Source of the DNA: Paraspadella gotoi
Lineage: Eukaryota > Animalia > Chaetognatha
Direction of reading: 5' to 3'
NCBI GenBank assembly: GCA_051294375.1
Contig: CM119266.1
Span: 24,758,312 to 24,822,311, forward strand
DNA length: 64,000 bases
Shown here piece by piece: positions 52,021-64,000 of the stretch. The notes under the pieces were generated by a model that was not told the DNA's origin, did no database searches, and worked only from the letters and a program-made list of their open reading frames with translations. Both the position numbers and the translations under genes were made by a program. Positions within the stretch are counted from its first letter, which is position 1. Each line of letters begins with the position of its first letter.

Positions 52021-53016
52021 GGGCATTTTTTTCATCGTTACCCTGCGGTCGTTCCTGTCAACATCGACAGAAAGTCGATTTGAAAAACGGGCGCCCTCGT
52101 ATCTCTGCCGGAACGAATTGACGGTGCCCGGCCGTGCCCGGCGGAGCCCCGGCATTGCCGCGCGGGGTCGAGGAACCACTTGCGCATCCGAATCCCGACG
52201 CGCCTCATTTATTTTATTAACTCAAAGGATTCGGTGTTCTAGAGAACTTTTACAGCGGAGTCTCTTTATCGCGAACCTAGCTCTTTAAATAACTGTTTAT
52301 TTTTGTCATTTTTAACCTAATTATTTTTCAAAAGTCAAATATAAAAACTAAGAATGAACTGAACCGTTATTTTTTTTGCTATGAAGGAACCTCAGGGTAG
52401 TATTAATGAAGAGAAAATAAAGAANNNNNNNNNNAGAGAGAGAGAGAGAGAGAGTCGTCGCAAATTAGTTGAATATGAAAAATGGTTTGTGGGAGTTTTA
52501 AGGTAGGAAGGGCAGTTATTATCGATTTAAGTTTTTTGTGCTTCTCGTTCTGGGTACTTTTGAAAAAAAAAGGCGAAAAAGATTTTGAAAGAAATAAAAA
52601 AGAAAAAAGAAATTAAAAAAAGCGAGATAGAAAGATAGAAATGAAAAAAAAAAAAATTAAATAAAGCGAGATAGAAAGATAGAAATGAAAAGAGAAAGAG
52701 CGAAAACGAAAAGGCCCCCAAAAACTAACGATAGTTAAAAAATCCAAACATACCATAAAGTTCTATGAAAATAAATAAATTGGACGACGAAGGGTAAAGA
52801 AAAAAAAAAAAAAAAAAACCCAACCGCCAACAGTTTATCGCGTGATTAAACGTCATATAAACATCGAATTAGTTCTTCTTTAAAAAAAAAAAAGAAACAA
52901 TACAAAAAAAAAGAATCAATTTTAATTCGTCACGTGAATTGAATTCTCCATTGGACATAAACCATTCAAGACTCCATCTCTCTTCGCCCTCAACAAACCA
53001 ACTCCCAACCCATTGC

Positions 53017-53059
53017 CCAGTGGCCAGTGGGCCAGTGGGCCAGTGGGCCAGTGGCCACT
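53017..53059 (+). repeat. Short tandem repeat (CCAGTGGG)n, about 5 units; repeated at about 63957-64000
   Basis: ccagtggccagtgggccagtgggccagtgggccagtggccact. Confidence 0.8.
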
Positions 53060-53837
53060 TCTCTCTTCCCCAAATCTCTCGTTCTCTAGATTTCCTCATC
53101 GTTTTCAATTCATCCAACTTTTTAAATAACTCAATACGAGTTTAACGGCCGATCGAGTCACCCGGCAATTTGACACCAATTAACCTTCAGATTTCATTGT
53201 TTTGTCTGGGCGGAGAAATTTAAAAAAAACTTATGCTTTAAACTCTTCATGAAGATTTCCTAAAAGAATAGTTTTGGTGCCCAGTGAAAATTGTGAGCGG
53301 GTTTATTTGAAGTTTATGATATGTTTGTGATACTTACGATACAAAAAACGTTTTATATTCTTAAATAAAATCTGAGAACCATAACGTCGGCGAGATGATA
53401 GGGGATGGCGTGTTTTCTGTAAAATATAAATGAAATCGAACAGGTAAGAGTAACATTTAGTTCAACAAACAGTTAATTACAAATTAAAAGAATTTAGACT
53501 TTAATTTTAATAATTTAAACAAATATGCCATAAAGATTTGATTCTTCAAAAACTGTTCACAAAAAGTATACTTTTCAAGTCAGAAATAAATTTTTAACTC
53601 TTGGATTTTAAGATAATGAATAAATATTAGAAAATACTGATAAAGTTTCGATCATAAATGCATATGAATAAAAAAAAGTTTGTTAAAAAAAAAAAAGAGA
53701 AAGTTTCCGGCGGTCGACGTCGGCGAATCCTGTCGTCTAATTTCGGGAACAAGGGTATTAACGTTAAAGGGTTAAAAGGTCGCGGGTCGGAGGTCGACTC
53801 AAAATCCTATCTCATTTCGAATTTCGATTTCCTTTCT

Positions 53838-53923
<86 letters not shown>

Positions 53924-54069
53924 CAAGTCTTGTTCTTTTCGTTGTTTCTCGTTCGCCTCCACGACAAACGGATTAACGTCAAAAGGCGAATCAAAGGAAT
54001 CAGTCGTTTCTCTCCTCAAAAAAATATTCGACCATGATTTCGTTTTAAATATCGTCCCGTCGTCGTAAT

Positions 54070-54801
54070 GTCATCGTCGTCGTCGTCGTCATCGTCGTCG
54101 TTGATGATGGGGTTCATTGATGATGATTATGATACGGTTCGCGGACGTTTTATAACGGATTAACTATCTCTTTAAATAGGTTTAATTTTAAAAAGCCGGG
54201 TGAAGTTTAAATTTGGTTTATATGGGTCTTAAAAAAAAAAGATTTTCCAACAATAGTGTTTCTTGGTTATTTTTTCGTTCGTTATTAAATAGCTTTTGAA
54301 TTCATGATTTTGAGATATAAGTATATTGGAAATTGAGAAACTGCAAATCTGTAGGGAATCTTTTTATTTTTAGCCCCGGTATTTTTACCGCAATATGGAC
54401 AACTAAAACCTGAAACGGCAAACGATTACTCTCTTATAATTGCCTAACACGTTTCGCTATATTCTTCATACAGGTATAGTTCCCGAAACTAAGTGTCCCA
54501 AGTCCAGGGATGAAATAAATTTCTATTTTTACGTCCAATGAGCTTATATTTTATATAGAACTAGCTAAACGTAGGTCTTATTGCCACTGGGTTCAATTTT
54601 TAAAATCGGAATATTTAAACCACTTAAAATAGACCCAAATACACTCTACGCTTCGGAAACCGTATATTAATAAGCAGGGTTGAGATTTAGGACAGGACAA
54701 AGACAGATGAGGGACAAATACGCGCGAGAGGGAGGAGAGAGAAAGAGGAGAGAGAAAGAGGAGAGAGAGAGAGAGGAGAGAGCAGAGAGAGAGAGAGCAA
54801 G

Positions 54802-54839
<38 letters not shown>

Positions 54840-55837
54840 AGGATGTCAGAAGAAAAAAAGTGGTGTGTTCTTCGTAGCCGACGAGCAGCGTTAAGACGTC
54901 TCCACGGGAAAAGAAAAGAAAGATGATAGGCGCCACTATCGAATCAACAACGTCAACACGGTCACCGACAAACGAAGCCGCAGAATCCCCTGAACGAACA
55001 CAACCGCGATGGGCGTTACGCCGAGCTGGGTTGGGAACGTTTGAGATTTGGCGAAGGGAAGTCCGGGAGTTTCGATCCTCTGCTCTTTTTAGAAGAGAGG
55101 GTTATCTTCTTTTTTTTTTTTTTTTTTTTTTTTTGTTTTTTTTTTTTTTNNNNNNNNNNNNNNNNNNNNNNNNNCGTCGTCGTCATCGTCGTCGTCGTCG
55201 TCATCGTCGTCGTTGATGATGGGGTTCATGATGATGATTATGATACGGTTCGTCGGACGTTTTATAACGGATTAACTATCTCTTTAAATAGGTTTAATTT
55301 TAAAAAGCCGGGTGAAGTTTAAATTTGGTTTATATGGGTCTTAAAAAAAAAGATTCCAACAATAGTGTTTCTTGGTTATTTTTCGTTCGTTATTAAATAG
55401 CTTTTTGAATTCATGATTTTGAGATATAAGTATATTGAAATTTGAAACTGCAAATCTGTAGGGAATCTTTTATTTTTAGCCCCGGTATTTTTTACCGCAA
55501 TATGGACAACTAAAACCTGAACTGCAACGATTACTCTCTTTATATTGCCTAACACGTTTCGCTATATTCTTCATACAGGTATAGTTCCCGAAACTAAGTG
55601 TCCCAAGTCCAGGGATGAAATAAATTTCCTATTTTTACGTCCAATGAGCTTATATTTTAATATAGAATAGTCTAAACGTAGGTCTATTGCCCACTGGGTT
55701 CAATTTTAAAATCGGAATATTCTAAACCACTTAAAAATAGACCCAAATACACTCTACGCTTCGGAAACCGTATATTATAAGCAGGGTTGAGATTAGGACA
55801 GACAAAAGACAGATGAGGAACAATAGGGAGAGGGAGA

Positions 55838-55880
<43 letters not shown>

Positions 55881-56140
55881 GGATGTCAGAAAAAAAGTGT
55901 GTGTTTCGTAGCCGACGAGCAGCGTAAGACGTCTCCACGGGAAACAGAAAGAAAGATGATAGGCGCCACTATCGAAGCGTCAAAGGTCACGACGAAGAAG
56001 CCGCAGAATGAACTGTGGAAACGAGAAGGCGATGGGCGTTGCCGAGCTGGTTGGGACGTTGAGATTTGGCGAAGTGGAAGTCGGGTTCGATCCCTGCTCT
56101 TTTTAGAGAGAGGTTTTTCTTTTTTTTTTTTCTTTTTTTA
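54070..56140 (+). repeat. Tandem direct duplication of about 1 kb (54070-55149 and 55175-56140) across a 25-N gap
   Basis: gttgatgatggggttca..gattatgatacggttcg and the downstream block are repeated. Confidence 0.9.
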
Positions 56141-57129
56141 AGAGGAAGACTTCTAAAACTTCCTACGTGAAAAGCTTTTTGAGATTAGTGATTTAGGTGA
56201 TTCTTTATTGAACGCTTTTTCATTTACTCACATCCCAGCAAAGTTAAACATGACTCTATCAGAAAAGCTCGCATTACGTCTTTCCGCCCGGCCAATAACA
56301 ACGACAACGGAAAACAACACGAAACTCATCTTCTTTGAGATTTAGCGGCCGATTGTTTCGCACCTTCGATTCATTGATAACTTTTCCCATCGTTCACCCC
56401 CGCTCTACGTGGCGTTCCCCGTCTTCGGAGGAAGACGACGACGACGGACGCACGCAGAGTATCATTGATCATATGGTTTACTCCCAACCACCGGCAGATG
56501 TTCATTCGTCGAGCGGCGCCCGCGCCTTCGGCGTATATTTCGCACGAGACGCTTGAGCGTCGGCGACGACAACGAGACGAATTAAACCGCGACGATGACG
56601 AAGACGATGAATCTCGTCGTCGTTGTTGGGTCTCGTGTCGTTCATGACAGGAGTCCATCTCTCTACTCTTTTTTTTTTTCTTTGTTGCAGATGAAGGAGA
56701 GAGAGAGAAAGATGAGAGAGAAGAGAGAGCATGAGAGAGAGAGGAAGACGAGAGAGAGAGAGAGAGGAGAGAGAGAGAGGAGGAGAGGATTTTTGGGGAT
56801 GAAATTGTTATCCGTATGTAAAAAATGAGTTAAGGTAGTGTAATAAAGGACGGGTCGCTCCTCGATCCTCGATTGGCGGCCCGGGGAAGACGAGCCTTTG
56901 ATCGATCGATCGATCTCGATGGGAGAAAATGTTAAATGAATTCAATGACTTAGCGTTCGTCTTCCATTGTCGTCGTTCGTCGTAAAGGAGAAAAAACAAA
57001 AGGAGCGATGAATGTGACGTTTGGGTCGAGCAGGAGAAGAGGAAAGAGGAAGATGAGAAAGCGGGATGGAAAGAGGAGACGGAGAGGGAAGAATGGGAGG
57101 AGGAGAAGACGAGGGAGAAGGGGAAGGAA

Positions 57130-57310
57130 TGAAGGGTGGTTGAAAAGGAAGGAAGGAAGGAAGAAGGGAGAAGGAAGGAAGGAAGGGAAGGAAGGAAGGG
57201 AAGGAATGTCGATATGAAGAAAATAGAGAGGAAGAAAGAAAGAAAGAAAAAGAAGAAAGACAGACAGACAGACAAGACAGACAGCACAGACAGACAGACA
57301 GACAGACAGA
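57130..57310 (+). repeat. (GGAA)n-like and (CAGA)n tetranucleotide low-complexity tract
   Basis: Direct read of the sequence. Confidence 0.8.
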
Positions 57311-57759
57311 AATTAGCAGAACTTAAAAACTTACGATGTTCACTATCAAAAAAAAACCGAGAAAAAAAATTTCAGCAATATTTTTGTCTCGGCGACGTAC
57401 AGATGTCACCGCAAAAAAAAATCGTCGACATAATCGACATAAGGTCAAGAATTTGGAGAACGTCAAATTCAACTGGGAGATCGATGGCGACGCAAAGATT
57501 CCAAGCAAAGTTCAGAAGAAAGGGCCTTGGAACTTTGGGCGCAGGAAGTAGCTTAAGTCAACTCAAAGAGATTAAACTTCGATCATTTCTCAACCCATTT
57601 TACGACGTATTAATTATTTTTTTGCGAATCAGGCATAAACATTTCTTTATGAAATTTGGTTTACAACCAACATTAAAAATAATCCATCGTTCGATACATA
57701 AGCTACCATGCCCTCCGATTTTGGACAGCGCATGGTGGGTGAAAGCATCCATAACTAAC

Positions 57760-57940
57760 AAAATAAACGAGACTGTGAGAGGCAGTTCTTGACTTGAAGC
57801 TTGCAGGACTGCTATGTCATTATCTTGTAAGAGTGATTGGAGCCCTATTAAACCACCAAGCCTGTCACAAAGTCATGGGCCAAGATAGCTATTTATTAAT
57901 GATATGGATAACTTTTATATTGGTTGTACCAATTTCATAC
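57760..57940 (+). repeat. Diverged copy of the interspersed repeat at 11045-11225
   Basis: Same ordered motifs with substitutions, not only indels. Confidence 0.65.
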
Positions 57941-59120
57941 CAATTACACTAGGAGCTTTCAATCGAGACTAACATGAAGATTTACTGGGTTACGGTAGGA
58001 CTCCCGAGCACTGGCTGACATTACCAAAAAAAAGGCGTGAACAAACAGTTTCATTAATTCACAAAAAAAAAATAAGAGAATGACTTTCTTTTGAACCGGG
58101 AAATTGTACGGCGATAGCAAAGTTAGATTTTTTTTTTTTTCGACTCATATTTTTCTTTACACTTTGAATATTAAAACCGAAAACACAGCCTCCCGTCACT
58201 CGAAAACGCCATTAGAAACCTTTCCGGACGCCAAGTTCCCCGTTCCACGATTCAACAAAAATTAAAAGAAAATCAAGAATTTTTTTTTTATCTCAATTTC
58301 TCTCTGATCAAAAATTCCAAATCTCTCCCCCCCGCCCCCCCAAATGAAAAAAATGGTTGTCCGGAATATTCTCGACCCCGAGCGTCTCGATGCGATGATT
58401 ATCCTTCGGGGCAGAGTTTAGACTCCTTCCTTTGCATTTTTCAAGCGGACCGACGAGAGACGTTTGGGCGCGTGCCGTCGGCGGGCGACGGTTAATGTGT
58501 CGGCGAGTGTGGTGTAAGTGTCGGCGAATGTCGGCTGAGTGTCGACATGTCGGGCAAACGTCGGGCTGGCACCTCGTTACTTCGGAAGATCAAAAGACCT
58601 AAATAAGCTGCAATGTATACGGTTTGAATTATATATACTTTATTAGGATATAAATATTATACATTCGATACGTTTAACCCCAAAATATCCTCCGGTTACT
58701 AATTATCGAAACATTAAAACTCCTAAAATACTAGTAGGGACCCATTGAATTATGCAATTTTCTGTCTCATGATTTAAGATTATGCTTTACTCTCCTCATC
58801 TCATGGTATCAAATTCTTTCCCCGACCCACGAAAACGTATTAGGAGATGCTCCAACGATGACGAGCAACGACGACGACAACGACGACGACAACGACGACG
58901 ATGCCATCTATTTTTTTTCGGATGGAAAATTCAATTGTTTCTCTTTTTTTTTCTTTTTTTTTTTATTTCGTGAAAGATCCGGCGTCTTCGTTTCTCTTTC
59001 ATTCCTTCTCTAACTCAAATTCGATTTTTCAAATCTCTCTTCATTCTTCTTCTCTGCTATTTTTTTCTAATTTATTTTCTTTTCTTTTTACTTACAGGCG
59101 ATTTCGCTAATCCTCTCTCC

Positions 59121-59172
<52 letters not shown>

Positions 59173-59484
59173 TNNNNNNNNNNNNNNNNNNNNNNNNNCT
59201 TTTTTAAGAGAAGACTCTAACTCCTACGTGGAAAAGCTTTTGAGATTAGTGATTAGTGATTCTTTATTGACGCTTTTTCATTTAACTCACATCCACAGCA
59301 AAGTAAACATGACTCTATCAGAAAAGCTCGATTACGCTTCCGCCCGGCAATAACAACGACAACGGAAAAACCACGAAACTCATCTTCTTTGAGATTAGCG
59401 GCCGATTTGTTTTCGACTTCGATTCATGATAACTTTTCCCATCGTCCCCCCCCGCTCTACGTTGGCGTCCCCGTTTCGGAGGAA

Positions 59485-59521
<37 letters not shown>

Positions 59522-59790
59522 GTATCATTGATCATATGTTTACTCCCAACCACCGGCAGATGTCATCGTCGAGGGCGCCCGCGCCCTTCGGCGATATATT
59601 CGCACGAGACGCTTGAGCGTCGGCGACGACAACGACGAATAACCAGCGACGATGACGAAGACGATGATCATCGTCGTCGTTGTTGTCTTCGTTGTCGTCA
59701 TGACAGATCCATCTCTCTCTCTTTTTTTTTTCTTATGTTGTCAGATGAGCGATTAAGGGGACCCGAGAGATCGGATAGCGTCGCGGCGAC

Positions 59791-59821
<31 letters not shown>

Positions 59822-59963
59822 TACGTTGACGCGTTTGACACTGGAGATAAACACGCCATAACTGGATTTGTCTGTATCTGCTAATGCCATCCTTTTCACT
59901 CCCTCTCTTTTTCACTCTGCACTCCACTCCCTCGCTACACCGCTAACTCTCTCTCTTCCTCTC

Positions 59964-60008
<45 letters not shown>

Positions 60009-61062
60009 CTCCTCTCTCTCTCTCTCTCTCCTCTCTCTCTTTATTCCCGAATTAGCCGGGCGGGGGGGCCGAAAAAGCGCGCATACTTACGGCCAATCAA
60101 ACCGGGGATAATGGATTTTAGATAAGAGCCCGAGAAAGGGCCACGCGCGAAGTTGTGGTGGAGGCGTAAGTGGCCGGCGCACCGGGGGGGCGGAGGAAAA
60201 GTTATTCTTAAGTAATAAGGCGGTGAAGACTTTAGACTTGCTGTAGAGGTTAAAAACACAGAATAAGAGCGATGGAAGAAGCTGTGTCAAAATAAGAAAA
60301 CATTTTATGTATTTTATGAAAAATTTTAATTGTAAATACAGGCCCCTTCTTGTTTCCCTACAACTGATTCAATTATCGTGGGTTGAGAACTAACCTTTCT
60401 ACACCTCACTTAGCGCTATCTTAAACTTTCTCTATTCATCAACTGAATTGTTATCGCCCATTTACCAAGTTGTTTCGTAACTGGCATTGCCGTCTAAAGC
60501 GCTTTTATTGTTTTCGCGTACGCAATAATGTTTTCGACTACATTATTTTTTGATATTTACTACTTTTTCACTTTTAAAGTCTGTTGGAAAGATTATTTAA
60601 CGATTGTCAAACTTTTGTCATTCAATTCTCTGTTGAGGATGGAGTTTGAGATAAATGATGCAATGACTCAAAACGTACCTTCTATTGTTGATCTCAAGAT
60701 TTGTGACTTAGAAGGTACTAACCAATTGGTTTGTGCATTGCATCGTATGCAGTATATGATGTATTTTCTCGAAACGTTACATTACAGATACTGCATTTAA
60801 TCTAGTCAATGTTTTATTTATGTTTATCTATTGATTTACGTACAATGTAGGGGTCTCAATTCTTCGACTTGGATCGAGTGAGATTCGACCCTTACCTAAA
60901 CTGACGAATACTTTATACTACGATATTTTGTATTCTCAAACCTTAAAAAAAGAAAATCATTTATACGTTTACAGCGCTCGTTACATTGCTAATTGCTCGC
61001 CACTTTTTTAAACACAAATATATAGTTATATACGTAAACCTTTTGAAAACGCGCCCGCTTAA

Positions 61063-62409
61063 GGCCGGAATCATTCAAACAAAATTGCCATAAAGCTTTA
61101 TACAAATATTTTTTATGTAAAAGAGTATATTTCCTTCGTGTTCAAATAAAAAAATCAAATTTGATGAAGGTAGGCTTCAAGAGCCACCCAAAAATCGAGG
61201 CAATTTTTTATCGGTAAACCCTTAAAAAACTTATTCAAAGACGCGTAAGTATTTTAAAAGCGAATTTTAATTCTTTTTATTCAATTAACAATCAGCCTAC
61301 CTCAGTTGTAATACTGATACCTAAAGCCTAGTCATTTCTTTTATGATTGTTAATTGGATCAATTAAGGATGGAAAATAAAAGTTTATGTTAGGAGAGTGC
61401 AGAATACATATTTTAATAGTATCGCCTAATACCATTTTTTACTAAAAGAAGTTATTCAAAAATTGTACAATTTTTAAAAGTCAAAGAAAATCGTTCTCCA
61501 TTGGGCATCGAAATCGGTATCCCTCATGAAATAGAAACACTATTGGTGCCATACGATGGTCACTGATTCCACTCCGCATGCGACAACGTTACTTGCCTCC
61601 TCTTGCCAATTTAGTTTTTCTGTTCCACCATTCAAAACTGGCTTTAAGCACCTTGACCGTTTGCCCACAGATGTAAAAATAAGTAAACCCCCTGCAGCAT
61701 TCACTCCTCTAGTTCACCCATCCGTGTTTTGTTGTCACAGCACTTTTTTTTAAAATTTTTTGAAAAAAAAATTTAAAAAATTGGATAACAACTTCATGAA
61801 ACGGTTTAAAGCCATCATTTAAACTAGAAATGAAATAGCATTTGTACAAAAGCATGTCGATTTTAGAGTTCTCTGCTCGACTTCTCAGTTTACTTTAAAT
61901 CTACAGGAAAAGAAAATAAAAAATAAAAATAAATAAACAAAAAGATGTTGGAGCGAAACTGTTTGAAAAAAAAATACTAAAATTATGTTTTCCGTTAGTA
62001 TTGGAAATGCTGGGAGAAATTCTATGAGAGGGATTTTTGAAAATGTTATTCGTTTTTCAAGATACTTTAAGTTTTAACGCCAAAATTTTCATTATTCTTT
62101 TTTTTTTCTATGAAGAAAAGTGAATTTGCGAAAATCCCTCTCATTAGAATTGGTGAACCTTCACTCAAGTAAAATATGTTTCACGCGAATTTCTATTGCA
62201 AAATCTGCTTCGCCGTTCTGCGGCGGGTGCAAGTCGTTCCGATAGGTTTTCGTTATTTATATAGTATATAAAAATTCGAAAAAACACCAACGGTTTTGAA
62301 AAAATTATAAAGTGAATACATTTTCGAATCGACTGGACCTCTACTTTCAAAATCAAGCTTTGTGTTACCCTATTTAACTATTTGTCTGTGAAGAGTTTGA
62401 TCCCAGGCC
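61063..62409. mobile_element. Non-autonomous TTAA-targeting DNA transposon (1347 bp, Kolobok-like)
   Basis: TTAA on both sides (61059-61062, 62410-62413); termini GGCCGGAATCA and TGATCCCAGGCC form an imperfect TIR with RR..YY ends; a single TTAA empty site at 51527-51530 in the duplicate copy; no transposase ORF. Confidence 0.82.
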
Positions 62410-62808
62410 TTAATCGTTAAAATTACGTGCATTCAGTTTACAACAGTTTCTACGTCTTAGCTCCAGCAGCTCCTACAGATAATTTTATCAATCAAAAAAA
62501 AAATCTGAGCCTGATTATTGCGTTGGATGTAGTCGGCCTGGACGAGGACGCCTCACCTCCCTATGAATGCATGACATTTGAAATAATATTAAATGTCCCA
62601 ATCTCCTCGACTTCAAAAAATTCAGCCGGCTGCGACCGGTGTTGATTGATATGAGATAAACGGTTTGTTTATCATTACATAGTACCAATTCGGGTGTAGA
62701 AAACTTTGCATTTCGCATTAGGACTGACCACTGGTCAATGTTTGTATGACCATTGTGATTACTACCTGAACCCATGTCGCATTGAACCCGATGTTTACTA
62801 CATAATAT

Positions 62809-62908
<100 letters not shown>

Positions 62909-64000
62909 ACGCTTTTCTTCATCGTTACCTGCGGTCGTTCCTGTCAACATCGACAGAAAGTCGATTTGAAAAACGGGGCGCCCTCGTATCTCTGGCCGGA
63001 TAGCGGAATTGAGCGGTGCCCGCGTGCCCGGCGGAGCACCCGGCATGTGCGCGCGGGTCGCAGGAACCACCTTGCGCATCCGAATTCCCGGACGCGCCTC
63101 ATTTATTTTATTAACTCAAACGGATTCGAGTGTTTAGAGAACTTTTTACAGCGGAGCTTCTCTTTTATCGCGAACCTAGCTCTTTAAATAACTGTTTATT
63201 TTGTCATTTTATAACCTAATTATTTTTCAAAGTCAAATATAAAAACTAGAATGAACTGAACCGTTATTTTTTGCTATGAAGGAACCCGGGTAGTATTAAT
63301 GAAGAGAAAATAAAGAAACAGAGGAAAGAGAGAGAGAGAGAGAGGAGAGAGAGAGAAGACCGAGAGAGAGAGAGAGAGAGAGGAGAGAGTCGTCGCAAAT
63401 TAGGAATATGAAAATGGTTGTTGTGGATTTTAAGGTAGGAAGGGCAGTATTATCCATTTAAGTTTTTCTGTGCTCTCGTTTGGGTACTTTTGAAAAAAAA
63501 AGGCGAAAAAAGATTTTTGAAAGAAATTAATAAAAGAAAAAAGAAATTTAAAAAAAGCGATGATAGAAGATAGAAATTGCCAAAAAAAAAAAAAAAATTA
63601 AAATAAGCGAGATAGAAAGATAGAATGAAAAGAGAAAGAGCGGAAAACGAAAAAGCCCCCCAAAAAACTAACTATAGTTAAAAAATCCAAACTACCATAA
63701 AGTTCTATGAAAATAAATTAAATTGGACGAGAAGGAAAAGAAAAAAAAGAAAAAAAAACCCAACCTGCCAACAGTTATCGCGTATTAAACGTATCATTAA
63801 ACATCGAATTAGTTCTTCTTTTAAAAAAAAAAAAAAAATACAAAAAAAAAAGAATTCAATTTTAATACGTCACTGTGATGAATTCTCCATTGGACATAAA
63901 CCATTTTCAAGACTCCATCTCTCTTCGCCCTCAACAAACCAACTCCCAACCATTTGCCCAGTGGGCCGTGGCCAGTGGGCCAGTGGGCCAGATGGCCACT

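Larger units (their letters stand above)
56132..59745 (+). repeat. Direct duplication of about 550 bp (56132-56690 and 59199-59745); second copy follows a 25-N gap
   Basis: ttttaagag.aagact..cctacgtg.aaagcttttgagattagtg through catgacag..tccatctctct occurs in both. Confidence 0.88.

Noticed and set aside
53017-53059. Regularly repeated units here and at 2196-2255 as CRISPR-like arrays
   Set aside because: No unique spacers, units too short, eukaryotic context and no cas genes.
53180-53776. Possible piggyBac-like MITE (TTAACCTT ... AAAGGGTTAA)
   Set aside because: The terminal match does not extend beyond a few bases and there is no empty site for comparison.

Overview
This is eukaryotic (animal, probably invertebrate) genomic DNA. 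It is AT-rich with GC-rich exons, has very dense (GA/CT)n and (GAC/GTC)n microsatellites, and contains many N gaps. The only protein-coding gene I can identify with confidence is a 4-coding-exon large-Maf bZIP transcription factor (traffic jam/MafA/MafB/c-Maf family, about 797 aa) at 33591-37981 (+). It appears three times: this best copy, a head-to-head inverted copy (29309-32559, -) inside a ~7-kb-armed palindrome centred near 33.1 kb, and a tandem 3'-partial copy (42586-43394, +). Much of the window is locally duplicated, with indel-rich copies that mostly abut 25-N or 10-N gaps. This points to an unpolished, long-read gap-filled assembly containing uncollapsed haplotypes rather than real gene amplification. 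Comparing the copies reveals two presence/absence non-autonomous DNA-transposon insertions: a hAT/P-like MITE in Maf intron 1, and a TTAA-duplicating, GG..CC-terminated Kolobok-like element. There is also a small hairpin insert flanked by a 13-bp direct repeat, and several promoter-like motif clusters. Nearly all ORF-track entries outside the Maf copies are translations of microsatellites or gaps. I found no prokaryotic-type system, RNA gene or CRISPR array, and no convincing wholly novel biological system.
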